Shown: one piece after another, positions 8,306 through 17,089 of the stretch
Layout of the letters: every line of letters begins with the position of its first letter
Numbering within the stretch: the first letter of the stretch is position 1
Source: a virus
Taxonomy: Duplodnaviria; Caudoviricetes
Length of the DNA: 26,474 nucleotides
IMG/VR virus record: IMGVR_UViG_3300027963_000290
Span: 1 to 26,474 of that record
Reading direction: 5' to 3' (one strand)
The notes under the pieces: model-generated
What the model was told of the DNA's origin: nothing
Seen by the model: the letters and a program-made list of their open reading frames with translations, nothing else
The model's database searches: none
Translations under genes and position numbers: made by a program

Positions 8306-9271
8306 ATGAGTTACATTAGCGGCGGTTCAACAATTCGTGCCGACATCAACCAAGCGTTGATCGAAGCTCCTCAAGCCGATGTGGGCTTGATCGGTTCGCA
8401 ACTCCTACCATTGCAGAATGTAGATGCAAAGAGTGGAACATATCTTAAAGTTCAACTTGCTGGTGCAGAGTTGCTCTCCAACAATGCAACGGCTCGTGAT
8501 GCTGGTTCAGCATACAGCCGAGGGATTCGTTCCTTCAGTTCTGCAAATTATAGCACGGACGAATACGGCTTGGAAGAGTTGCTAGACGATTCATCCGTCA
8601 AGGACTTAAATCGTTTCTTCTCCTACGAGAGCGAAACTGCCAAGTTCTTGCTCCGTCAGTTGAAGTTGTCCCACGAGAAGCGGGTTTCTGATCTTCTCTG
8701 GGCTAGCTCGACTCCCTTCACCATCGCCGATCAAACTCGTGCAGTTGCCTACACCCAAGCGTTAGTGGCAACAGTCGATGTAGCTCGTGATGTGGCGACC
8801 GCCAAGCTGGCTCTTCAGCAGTATGGTTATGAGCCGAATTGCGTTGCAATGTCTGCCAATGTGTTTGAGTTGATTCGTCGCTCCACCCTCCTCCAGAACC
8901 AGTTCTTCGGAGTTATCTCCAATACTGGTGCTAGGTTGTTGAGCGAAGCTGAAATTGCGGCGGCTCTGGGAGTTCAGAATCTCCTCGTAGGCCGTGCGGC
9001 TTACAACACCGCTGGCAAGAACAAAACCTATTCTGGTTCGTTCGTTGTTCCAGACACCAAGATCATCGTAGGTCAGATTGCTGGTGGTGAGTTCACCGCT
9101 GGTGGAATCGGACGCACCTTGGTCTGGTCGGGTGACTCGGCTGGTGGTTTCGTCTCTGAAAGCTATCGTGACGAAGCTCGCCGTAGTCAAGTGTTGCGTG
9201 TGCGTATGAACACCGATGAGGTCGTGATTGACCCCAATGCGGCGGTTCGTATCACCACCAACTTCGCCTAA
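8306..9271 (+). CDS. Major capsid protein (HK97 fold, lambda gpE-like)
   Basis: 321 aa, canonical position after protease and decoration genes, followed by a strong terminator. Confidence 0.85.
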   Translation: MSYISGGSTIRADINQALIEAPQADVGLIGSQLLPLQNVDAKSGTYLKVQLAGAELLSNNATARDAGSAYSRGIRSFSSANYSTDEYGLEELLDDSSVKDLNRFFSYESETAKFLLRQLKLSHEKRVSDLLWASSTPFTIADQTRAVAYTQALVATVDVARDVATAKLALQQYGYEPNCVAMSANVFELIRRSTLLQNQFFGVISNTGARLLSEAEIAAALGVQNLLVGRAAYNTAGKNKTYSGSFVVPDTKIIVGQIAGGEFTAGGIGRTLVWSGDSAGGFVSESYRDEARRSQVLRVRMNTDEVVIDPNAAVRITTNFA

Positions 9272-9296
9272 AGATTGTTGGTTGTTTCCTCTGAAG

Positions 9297-9337
9297 AAGG
9301 GGGAGTGGGTGAATAACCTGCTCCCCCTTTTTCTTTT
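9297..9337 (+). terminator. Rho-independent terminator after the capsid gene
   Basis: AAGGGGGAGTGGGT-GAATA-ACCTGCTCCCCCTT: 14-bp stem with two G-U pairs, followed by TTTCTTTT. Confidence 0.9.
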
Positions 9338-9339
9338 AA

Positions 9340-9345
9340 TTGACA
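9340..9345 (+). promoter_or_regulatory. TTGACA motif 29 nt upstream of ATG 9375
   Basis: Directly after the terminator T-tract and before the glycosyltransferase cassette; followed by CTAGAAATCCT at 9357-9367. Confidence 0.6.
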
Positions 9346-9374
9346 TCCCTTAATAACTAGAAATCCTAGTCTAA

Positions 9375-11030
9375 ATGAAATATCCTATTTCCCTTTACCT
9401 AATCGCTGGAAATGAAGAAGCCCACATCAAGCGAGTTATTGAATCTTTTAAGCCCATCGCAGAAGAAATTATTGTATGTATGGCTAGGGGGTCAGCTACG
9501 CCAGACAAGACAGAGGAGATCGCCCTTTCGCTTGGGGCTAAAGTCATTCATTACAAGAATAAGAAAACTGATTGGCCTCACATAGACGATTTTGCTTCTG
9601 CTAGAAACACAGCCCTAGATGCTTGTAAGAACGAGTGGTCTATTTGGGTAGATGCCGATGATGTAATGGCAGAGGGTGGGGAGAAGGTTTTGCAAGAGGG
9701 GTTGGAACAAGCAGAAAAAGTGGGGGCTGAAATTGTTTGCTTTCGTTATCTAGTTGAGAATGCCGGATTAAATCCTATTCGAGAGATGGCCTTGCGTAAG
9801 GGATGCGGTAGGTGGAGGAACAGAGTTCACGAAGCCCTTGAGCCAAACGACAGAAATAAGCTATTGGCTATTGATAAGGTATTTAGGATTCATCGACCGA
9901 TTACAAGCAAGGCAGATTCGGCAGATAGAAACCATCGCATCCTAGCAGACGAGCTAACCTCTACCCCATTCAATCTTTACTACCAGCACCAAGAGTTTTT
10001 CTTGCGGGGGCAAGTAGATAAAGCGATTGAAGTAGGGGAAAGAGCCTTGGCATTCCCAGACCTAGATGAGACTCTTAAATATGAGCTTCTATGTAACCTT
10101 GGTAGATGCTCACCCAACGAGAAGCGGTTTAGATATTTGGGGGAAGCGATTGGGGTTAATCCTATCCGCAGGGAGGCTTACTTTTATTTGATGGCAGAGT
10201 ATTCCGCAAGGGGGGATTGGGCAAAGGCTTGGCATTCTGGAAGGGCTTGTATGGCTATGCCCAAGCCAAATCTTCACTACTGGAATCAAGTTCACGCAGT
10301 CTACGATTGGCAAGCCCTCGATGGATACCGAATGGCCTCTATCTGCTACGGCCAAAAAGAGGAAGTAGCCAAGCTGGTGAATATGTATCCCAAGCCAAAG
10401 ATAAGCATTGTCCACGCTACGAGAGGCCGCCCCCAGTTAGCCTTTCAGCGTAAGATGCAATGGCTTGCTTTAGCCAAAGAACCCCTAGCAATTGAGTGGT
10501 TGTTTATGGTTGATGAGGATGAGAAGGTGGATTACACCCCGCACGAAGGCAAAAGGGTTAATCCGGGTGGAATCATCAATGCTTGGAACGAGGGGGCAAA
10601 GATGGCAAAAAGCGAGGTTATTGTGCAAATGAGCGATGATTGGAGTCCGCCGAGATACTGGGATGCCCTAATTTTGAGCAGAATCGACAACCTAGAGGCT
10701 GAGAGGGTGCTGGCGGTATCAGATGGCCTCCGAACCGACAAACTGCTTTGTATGGCTATCCTAACGCAAAAGAGGCTACGGAAGCAGGGGGGCTATATGT
10801 TCCACCCAAGCTACCAAGATTCAGACGGCATATACTCCGACAACGAGTTCACGGATAGAGCCTACCAAGACGATTGCGTAATTGAAGCTAGGGACTTGGT
10901 ATTTAGGCACGAAAACCCTATGTTTGCAGGGGGCAATCCAGACGAGCAGTTAAAGAATCACAACAAGCCAGAGTTTTACGAGAAAGGAAAAGCCATCTAT
11001 GAAAAACGCAAGGCAAACAACTGGGCTTAA
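9375..11030 (+). CDS. Two-domain glycosyltransferase: GT2 domain, TPR-like repeats, second GT-A domain
   Basis: N-terminal LIAGNEE...DDFASARN...WVDADD...RVHE; helical TPR-like centre (AIGVNPIRREAYFYL); C-terminal KISIVHATRGRP...AWNEGAK...QMSDDW...SDNEF...FRHEN. Confidence 0.88.
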   Translation: MKYPISLYLIAGNEEAHIKRVIESFKPIAEEIIVCMARGSATPDKTEEIALSLGAKVIHYKNKKTDWPHIDDFASARNTALDACKNEWSIWVDADDVMAEGGEKVLQEGLEQAEKVGAEIVCFRYLVENAGLNPIREMALRKGCGRWRNRVHEALEPNDRNKLLAIDKVFRIHRPITSKADSADRNHRILADELTSTPFNLYYQHQEFFLRGQVDKAIEVGERALAFPDLDETLKYELLCNLGRCSPNEKRFRYLGEAIGVNPIRREAYFYLMAEYSARGDWAKAWHSGRACMAMPKPNLHYWNQVHAVYDWQALDGYRMASICYGQKEEVAKLVNMYPKPKISIVHATRGRPQLAFQRKMQWLALAKEPLAIEWLFMVDEDEKVDYTPHEGKRVNPGGIINAWNEGAKMAKSEVIVQMSDDWSPPRYWDALILSRIDNLEAERVLAVSDGLRTDKLLCMAILTQKRLRKQGGYMFHPSYQDSDGIYSDNEFTDRAYQDDCVIEARDLVFRHENPMFAGGNPDEQLKNHNKPEFYEKGKAIYEKRKANNWA

Positions 11031-11033
11031 AAT

Positions 11034-11645
11034 ATGCAAGAAGTAACGATTAACGATTCATTTGGGAAAGCCCTTGCAAAATATAGTGAGGGATTAGATG
11101 TTGGACTAGAAATTGGGGGAGGAACTGGGGATGGTTCAACTCAATGTATCAGGACGAAAAGGCTATTCAGCATTGAGAACCACCCAGACCGCATTGGTAG
11201 GCACTCAATGAATCTGTCCGCAAGGGGTGGAGTTTCGGTCAAGGGAACGGCAACCCTTCCTAAGCTCTGGATGAACCAACTAGATGTAGCAGAATTTTAC
11301 GGAACAAATAAAACAAATCTTAATCAATATCCACTAGATCAAGTTATTGGCTGGTATCACGAATGCGTTGAATCTGCCGAACCTTACAGCACCAACGCAA
11401 TCGAGGACATCCACTTTGAGCATAATGTAGATTTTAACTTTGTTCTGATTGATGGCTCACCCTTTTCTGGTGAGGCCGAACTTCGTTGCGTAAGGCCATT
11501 CCTAGCAGAGAAGGCAATCATCGCCTTGGACGATGTGAACGACATTAAGAACTTGGCGAACTACAACAAGCTCAAGGGATTTTCTAAACTGCTATGGGAA
11601 GATTTGGCGGTGAGGAATGGTGCGGCCATCTTCCAATTATGCTAA
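11034..11645 (+). CDS. Class I SAM-dependent methyltransferase-like protein
   Basis: Motif I LEIGGGTGDGS, acidic FSIE after strand 2, FVLIDG and IIALDD. Confidence 0.7.
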   Translation: MQEVTINDSFGKALAKYSEGLDVGLEIGGGTGDGSTQCIRTKRLFSIENHPDRIGRHSMNLSARGGVSVKGTATLPKLWMNQLDVAEFYGTNKTNLNQYPLDQVIGWYHECVESAEPYSTNAIEDIHFEHNVDFNFVLIDGSPFSGEAELRCVRPFLAEKAIIALDDVNDIKNLANYNKLKGFSKLLWEDLAVRNGAAIFQLC

Positions 11646-12406
11646 CCATTTTTACCATCGTTCTTAATGGAATGCCTTTTATTGAAAAGCATCTAGCAGA
11701 GTTTCAAAAGCTAAAAATTCCTTGGAGGTGGAGGATTGTAGAGGGAGTTAGCGAGCCAGTTGGATGTACCCGGTGGTGCAAGCAAGTACCCGACAAATGG
11801 CATAAGGATTACAAGAGCATAGACGGAACACACGAATATCTTGAGAGCATCCAAGGCGGGAATGTGGTTGTTTATTCGCAAGGCAAGCCCTTCAACGGAA
11901 AGTTAGAGATGATTCAGCAAGCCTTGCTCGGCGTGGATGATGGCGTTGTTATGGAGGTGGATGCTGATGAGATGTGGCGAGCAGAACAGATCGAGGGGAT
12001 TTACGAATGCCTCAAGGGGGCAGAGGAAGGGGCAACGATGCAGTTCCATTGTAACTTCTTTGTGGGAGAAAATAAGCGAGTGGTTACTAGGGAGGGCTAT
12101 GGCTCAAACTGGTATGAGTGGATGAGGGCTTGGAAGTGGGGAAAGAATGTTTGCTTCACAAGTCACGAACCGCCCCGCCTAAACATCCAGTCTCGCCTAG
12201 TCCCTAGGGGAGTGACTGAAACTTGGGGGCTAGTATTCAACCATTATGCCTACGCAATCCAGAAACAAGTTGAGTTTAAGGAAGATTTTTATGGCTACAA
12301 GGGGCTGGTGGATGGGTGGAAGGAATTGCAAAAGACAGTCGGCCCAGTTCGATTGAGTGAATACTTCCCCCACCTACACGATAAGAGCGTAGCCGATGAC
12401 TGCTAA
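11639..12406 (+). CDS. GT-A fold (GT2-like) glycosyltransferase
   Basis: IFTIVLNGMPFI, IVEG, SIDGTHEYL, EVDADEMW (DxD) and FNHYAY. ATG 11639, overlapping the upstream stop, preferred over 11594. Confidence 0.8.
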   Translation: MLTIFTIVLNGMPFIEKHLAEFQKLKIPWRWRIVEGVSEPVGCTRWCKQVPDKWHKDYKSIDGTHEYLESIQGGNVVVYSQGKPFNGKLEMIQQALLGVDDGVVMEVDADEMWRAEQIEGIYECLKGAEEGATMQFHCNFFVGENKRVVTREGYGSNWYEWMRAWKWGKNVCFTSHEPPRLNIQSRLVPRGVTETWGLVFNHYAYAIQKQVEFKEDFYGYKGLVDGWKELQKTVGPVRLSEYFPHLHDKSVADDC

Positions 12407-13067
12407 AACAATCAAATACTCCCAGAGGCTAGGAGACATCATCCGTTGCCTCCCGGCTTGCAAGTATTTAGCAGACCAAGGCCACGAGGTATTCTTTGAT
12501 TGCTTACCCCAATACCACGGCATCTTCGAGATGGTTTCTTATGTGAAGGTTGGGAACAAGGGCGATGTTATAGACCTTGAAATTTGGCCTAACAAATACC
12601 AAGAATATCGCTTCTCTGGAAAGACCTGGACAGAGTTTGTGTATGCCCACCCAGATATTAACAAGGCAGACCCCAAGGATATTCTGTTTGATAGGCTGGA
12701 CGATGCCCCAGCCAAAGGATTGCCAGAAACCTATAATATGGTTGCTCCCTTTGGAATAAGCCAAGGGCATAAAAGAGACCCCCTGCAAATCATCGTTGAG
12801 GCAAGGAAGAAGTGCGGTAGTGACAACTTCTTTGTTTTATGCCAAGAGGGTACTGAGATTAAGGGATTGCAAACTTACACAGCCCCAAGCATACCAGAAT
12901 TGGCTAGGGCAATAAGAGGGGCTAATGAGTTTTGGTCAATAGATAGTGGGCAAATGGCAATCGCCGCTGGGGTTAGAAAGGAAAGCAAGGTTGTGTATTT
13001 CCCACAAACCATAGAGCCATTCGATAAGGACAATATCTTTATCTGGGATAGCGTAGAGATAAATTGA
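12396..13067 (+). CDS. GT-B fold glycosyltransferase, GT9 (heptosyltransferase)-like
   Basis: RLGDIIRCLPACKYL at the N-terminus and ELARAIRGANEFWSIDSGQMAIAAG near the C-terminus match GT9 signatures. Confidence 0.75.
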   Translation: MTAKTIKYSQRLGDIIRCLPACKYLADQGHEVFFDCLPQYHGIFEMVSYVKVGNKGDVIDLEIWPNKYQEYRFSGKTWTEFVYAHPDINKADPKDILFDRLDDAPAKGLPETYNMVAPFGISQGHKRDPLQIIVEARKKCGSDNFFVLCQEGTEIKGLQTYTAPSIPELARAIRGANEFWSIDSGQMAIAAGVRKESKVVYFPQTIEPFDKDNIFIWDSVEIN

Positions 13068-13069
13068 CA
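13064..13069 (+). promoter_or_regulatory. TTGACA motif 14 nt upstream of ATG 13084
   Basis: Contains the TGA stop of the upstream gene; followed by AAGGGGTGGG. Confidence 0.65.
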
Positions 13070-13083
13070 TAAGGGGTGGGTTT

Positions 13084-13404
13084 ATGGCGGGGACAATCGA
13101 CACCACCTATTTCTCAACCGATCTTACAAATATGATCGGAGACCTATATACAGTTGTCACCGGGCTTGGTTCTTCTGCTGTATCTGCATCTGTTACCGAC
13201 TTAACGATTGCACAAGAGCTAGATGTGGGTGGAGAGATTTTAAGAGTTACGCAAAGTATGGTTGTCCCGGCATCAGCTATTTCATCTCCCATAACGATTG
13301 GGGCTTATGTAACAGTAGGGACGGCAGAGAGGATGATTGCTGGGTATCAACAAAGTGCAGACGGCGTTAGCTACACAATCGATATAGCTGACCCAACGAC
13401 CTAA
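13084..13404 (+). CDS. Probable head closure / head-tail joining protein
   Basis: 106-aa beta-rich protein, first structural-looking gene after the capsid module; called from synteny and size. Confidence 0.5.
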   Translation: MAGTIDTTYFSTDLTNMIGDLYTVVTGLGSSAVSASVTDLTIAQELDVGGEILRVTQSMVVPASAISSPITIGAYVTVGTAERMIAGYQQSADGVSYTIDIADPTT

Positions 13405-13814
13405 TGATCTCAATCGAGCGTCAGATTGAGAATGGGCTGGCAACAGCCTTGGCGGATATTTCTGGCGTTAATATCTACAAGAGCGATACCGAAGGCCAAC
13501 GATTGCTTCCCAGCCTAGTAATTCAAGCCTCTATTGGGTCAGAAGAAATCATACCTTACTCTGGCGTATTTCGTTGCCCAGCCACAATCACCTATGCAAC
13601 AAGGGCAGACACAACCACCCGAACAGATTTTGATGCCAAGTTTCAAGATATCTTACAAGTGATGTATCAAGAGCCTAATCTAGCTAGTGTTCTAACCACG
13701 GCCACTCTCAAGGTATTTTTGGCTAATGTGATATCAGAATCGCCAGACATTAGGTCAGAGAATAGGACTTGGGCAAAAACCATCTTCCTAGACATTTCCT
13801 GCACAAGTATATGA
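13404..13814 (+). CDS. Tail terminator-like protein, paralog 1
   Basis: 136 aa; helix-strand pattern IENGLATAL...LPSLVIQ typical of tail completion proteins; neck-region synteny. Confidence 0.5.
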   Translation: MISIERQIENGLATALADISGVNIYKSDTEGQRLLPSLVIQASIGSEEIIPYSGVFRCPATITYATRADTTTRTDFDAKFQDILQVMYQEPNLASVLTTATLKVFLANVISESPDIRSENRTWAKTIFLDISCTSI

Positions 13815-14299
13815 TTAGCCCCCAGTTCAAGATAGAGGATGCCTTGGCGAGCCTATTAACGCCAATTTCGGGGCTTAATGTGTGTGTAGCGAATAGAAGG
13901 GGGTTAAGGCTATTCCCATACGCAACGATTAAAGCCTCTATCGGTGGGCAACAAATCATCCCCTATTCTGGGGTATATGAGATTAGCGTAGAACTCAATT
14001 ATTCAGATTCAGCCACACGGACTACCCAAGCCATATTCGATGACAATTATTACAGCATCTTTTCGACACTATATAGCAACAACAACACATTGAAGGAAAA
14101 AGTCCAAGACAAGGTAACTGATTTGAAGATATTTATGGGCAGAATCACAAGTCAAGCCCCAACAATACGAGCCGATAAAAGGGCTTGGCAGAGGGGGCTT
14201 ACTCTTTCATTTATAGTAACCCCAGACCCAACGGCTGATGGAACGAGAAATTATGACTTCTCGGACTTCTTAAACAGCTTCTATCTCGGCACGATTTAA
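13811..14299 (+). CDS. Tail terminator-like protein, paralog 2
   Basis: Starts MISPQFKIEDAL at ATG 13811 (ATGA overlap); shares ASIG..IIPYSGV and TT...FD with the upstream gene. Confidence 0.5.
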   Translation: MISPQFKIEDALASLLTPISGLNVCVANRRGLRLFPYATIKASIGGQQIIPYSGVYEISVELNYSDSATRTTQAIFDDNYYSIFSTLYSNNNTLKEKVQDKVTDLKIFMGRITSQAPTIRADKRAWQRGLTLSFIVTPDPTADGTRNYDFSDFLNSFYLGTI

Positions 14300-14314
14300 C
14301 AAGGAGATTGAAAT

Positions 14315-15385
14315 ATGGCACTATCCATTTTAGACGGCAACCAGTCGGCAACCACGCTTTCTACCATTGTAACTAGCGGGCAACACATCCCAGCCCATAC
14401 GGTTGTTAGCCTTGGAAGCAACGCCATCTCTAATATCGCAACCGCAATTAGCGGGAGTACGGTATGTGTTGGCAATCTTGGCCTCTTGCAATCTACTGTT
14501 GCAACAGAGGGGATTTCTGCATCTGGTAATTTTATTAAAATTGGTGGGCATACTGGGACATCTACAACTGGAAATATAGTTCACGTTTCTTCTGTTGGGG
14601 CGTTGCGTGTCGATGGTTCTGCCTATACACAGCCAGTATCTATTGCGTCAGTTACAATCGGGAACACAGTTACAATCGCTGGTACAGTCACAGCCAACCC
14701 AACTGGGACACAGACGATTGCAGGGACGGTGACGGCAGTATTATCAGGGTCATCCTATGTGGAAATAGCCGGTGGGATACAAAATTGGGTAGAGGATTAC
14801 GCTTCTTTCCCTATCTCTGGCACGGTAACCGCAAATCTTTCTAGCGTTCGCAGTCTTGGGGAGAGCGGGAATAGCGGAGGAGTTTTAGTTTATGGTTCTG
14901 ATTCGAGTGGAAGTTGCTACCCAATCCCATTAACTGCCAATGGCTCATTACAGGTGCTTGGAACAGTCGCCATTGATTCTGCTCTACCATCTGGCACAAA
15001 TCGCATTGGAGTGGTGACGATTGGTGGTGGCACAGTTACCATCGGAGCAGGGACGGCCCAGATCGGTTCTGTAACAGCCTCAATCTCTAACAGCGTAGTC
15101 ACATTCTATCCGCTCCAAGGCACGACTGTAACTAATAGCAATTTCACCAGCACCACAGCCTCTACCACGCTTGTCTCGGCAGTTTCGAGAAGGGAGTGTC
15201 TGACGGTGTTTAACGAAGGTGCTGGGAATCTTCACATCTCTCCGGGTGCAACTTGTACGACCGTGGCCTATCAAGTTCGCCTATCGGCTGGCGATTATTG
15301 GGAATGCCCGCAGGGGCAACTTTCCCTCGCACATACCGCAGTATTCGCCACAGCTGGCACGGCTAGAGTGACAGAAGTTAGCTAG
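14315..15385 (+). CDS. Ser/Thr/Gly/Val-rich virion accessory (fibre/collar-like) protein
   Basis: Strong AAGGAG SD; repeated GTVTA/VTIG units (CAGTTACAATCG repeated at 14649 and 14667); compact C-terminal beta domain. Confidence 0.55.
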   Translation: MALSILDGNQSATTLSTIVTSGQHIPAHTVVSLGSNAISNIATAISGSTVCVGNLGLLQSTVATEGISASGNFIKIGGHTGTSTTGNIVHVSSVGALRVDGSAYTQPVSIASVTIGNTVTIAGTVTANPTGTQTIAGTVTAVLSGSSYVEIAGGIQNWVEDYASFPISGTVTANLSSVRSLGESGNSGGVLVYGSDSSGSCYPIPLTANGSLQVLGTVAIDSALPSGTNRIGVVTIGGGTVTIGAGTAQIGSVTASISNSVVTFYPLQGTTVTNSNFTSTTASTTLVSAVSRRECLTVFNEGAGNLHISPGATCTTVAYQVRLSAGDYWECPQGQLSLAHTAVFATAGTARVTEVS

Positions 15386-15395
15386 GGAGTAGGCT

Positions 15396-16163
15396 ATGCC
15401 TCTCACGAAAAACCCAAGCGACATAGACAGCTTTATTTTTGCCTCTGGGCGAATGAAAATGTATCGGGCTGGGTTGGCTGGTTCTTATACAAAAACTATT
15501 GGCACGGGCGGGGTAGCCACGCTTGCAAATACTGGAGGTTTTCATCTGAATTTGAACGCTGGCTCTTCGGCAAGCGGAACTTCTAAAATTGGTTACTTCG
15601 ACCCTACTGCGGCACTAATGACGGCAAGTGCTGGCAAGATTGACTACTCAAAGAGAATCAGATTTTCAATGGGTGGTATGATGTATTTGGCCAGCACAAA
15701 CTCTGTTATCAGAATGGTATTTGGTGGAACTGGAAATGCTACTGACGCTCCATTGGCGGGAGTTAATGGTCTTACGATCAAAGGATTTGGAGTCGAATTT
15801 GCTCTGCAATCTAGTATTATCCAAGCAAGGCTAATAGGATATAATGCCTCATATCTAACGCCGACATCATACACAACGCTAACAAATGGCTTTGGGCTTG
15901 CCGCATCTGATAATAGGTTTTTTGGCGTTGTGATTGAGTCTGATGGAGCAGGGAATATAAATCTCTACGGAGCAGATTCATCCATAAATCCAAATATAAA
16001 TATTGGGCAAGTTCCGCTTTTAACTCTTACTGGTGGCCCGACTAACGACACAAGCACAAATAGATTCGGCCCAGAAATTCATTGTTCAAACTCCTCCTCT
16101 TCTCCAACGGCAAGCCCCTCTGCAATCCTCCAATCAACTCATTGGTTATTGGATGTACAGTAA
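15396..16163 (+). CDS. Hypothetical virion protein, beta-rich (possibly lectin-like)
   Basis: 255-aa Gly/Ser/Thr-rich ORF with GGGAG upstream; function inferred from composition only. Confidence 0.45.
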   Translation: MPLTKNPSDIDSFIFASGRMKMYRAGLAGSYTKTIGTGGVATLANTGGFHLNLNAGSSASGTSKIGYFDPTAALMTASAGKIDYSKRIRFSMGGMMYLASTNSVIRMVFGGTGNATDAPLAGVNGLTIKGFGVEFALQSSIIQARLIGYNASYLTPTSYTTLTNGFGLAASDNRFFGVVIESDGAGNINLYGADSSINPNINIGQVPLLTLTGGPTNDTSTNRFGPEIHCSNSSSSPTASPSAILQSTHWLLDVQ

Positions 16164-16282
16164 TGAAGCTGTTGTTGGTTGCTTTGTTCTTTTGCTCTTG
16201 CTCTCCACGGCACAAGGACAACAACGCCCTGCCACGATATAGCGATATGGGTGCGGCTGAAGATGCGGGGAAGGTGAAATGA
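16163..16282 (+). CDS. Small lipoprotein (39 aa)
   Basis: MKLLLVALFFCSC is a short signal peptide with lipobox-like Cys; TAATG overlap with the upstream stop. Confidence 0.55.
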   Translation: MKLLLVALFFCSCSPRHKDNNALPRYSDMGAAEDAGKVK

Positions 16283-16438
16283 ATGAGTGCTACGGATGAT
16301 AAGGATACTCCTAGTTGGCGGGACTTTATGGCAAGCCTCAAGTTCTTGGAGGCAGAGGGATACATAGAGATATTTTATAACGACAAGGGCGAGCAGATGG
16401 TTCGGATTGCCCCCGGTGCGGAGCGAGCTACGCTATGA
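16283..16438 (+). CDS. 51-aa hypothetical protein (not in ORF track)
   Basis: MSATDDKDTPSWRDFMASLKFLEAEGYIEIFYNDKGEQMVRIAPGAERATL; abuts the upstream stop and overlaps the next ATG (ATGA). Confidence 0.6.
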   Translation: MSATDDKDTPSWRDFMASLKFLEAEGYIEIFYNDKGEQMVRIAPGAERATL

Positions 16439-16710
16439 GTGCAGATCAAGTTGCAGAACTTCAAGAGCGTTTATCTACTGTCCGAGAGGCTATCGCAAGA
16501 ATAGAAGAAAGACAGCAAAATATAATCTCGGTTTTAGAGCGTCACACTAGCGAACTTGCTCAATGGACAAATAAAATCAACACCAAGGTAGATACCCTAG
16601 AAAGGGACGCTCACACCATCAAAACAAAGCTATGGCTAGTTGCTCTAGTGTCTGGGGCTGTATTCTCTACAATCTGGGAGCTAATAAAGGTGCGGGTGTT
16701 CCCACGATAA
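16435..16710 (+). CDS. Coiled-coil protein with C-terminal transmembrane helix (XhlA/holin-like)
   Basis: Heptad-rich N-terminal ~65 aa, then LWLVALVSGAVFSTIWELI and a basic tail. Confidence 0.6.
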   Translation: MSADQVAELQERLSTVREAIARIEERQQNIISVLERHTSELAQWTNKINTKVDTLERDAHTIKTKLWLVALVSGAVFSTIWELIKVRVFPR

Positions 16711-16711
16711 T

Positions 16712-16717
16712 TTGACA
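16712..16717 (+). promoter_or_regulatory. TTGACA motif 14 nt upstream of ATG 16732
   Basis: One base after the upstream TAA; followed by AAAGGA. Confidence 0.65.
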
Positions 16718-16731
16718 CAAAGGAATATCAA

Positions 16732-17088
16732 ATGGCCGCTACAAGTATAGGACTTTCTTCCGTTGCCTTTGGACTCGCCGCTGAAACTGGCGTTGTTATT
16801 CAGAGCTTCTCACTTACAAACACATCAGAGACAACTGAAGTATCAAAGCACAATGGCACTCATTCTGCTGTTGCGTTTTCTGCTTTCAAAAGGAATGTTA
16901 GTCTTTCTGGTAATTGTAGCGGTGCTGTTGCCTCCTCTGGAATTGGTGGTGCTCTTGCCCTAACTGGCAACACAACCGCAGTATCTAGTGGAACTTACTA
17001 TGTGACGGATGTTTCTTTCTCACAAGCCGCCGATGGCTTTAATAGCTTTGACCTATCAGCAACCTCATACGAGGGATTAAATACATAA
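16732..17088 (+). CDS. Tail tube-like protein, paralog 1
   Basis: 118-aa beta-rich protein with IQSFSLTNTSETTEV hairpin and YYVTDVS...FDLSATSY; upstream of the tail chaperone. Confidence 0.6.
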   Translation: MAATSIGLSSVAFGLAAETGVVIQSFSLTNTSETTEVSKHNGTHSAVAFSAFKRNVSLSGNCSGAVASSGIGGALALTGNTTAVSSGTYYVTDVSFSQAADGFNSFDLSATSYEGLNT

Positions 17089-17089
17089 T

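Noticed and set aside
8762-9346. 194-aa minus-strand ORF opposite the capsid gene
   Set aside because: Antisense shadow of a codon-biased gene; runs through the terminator; no protein-like motif.
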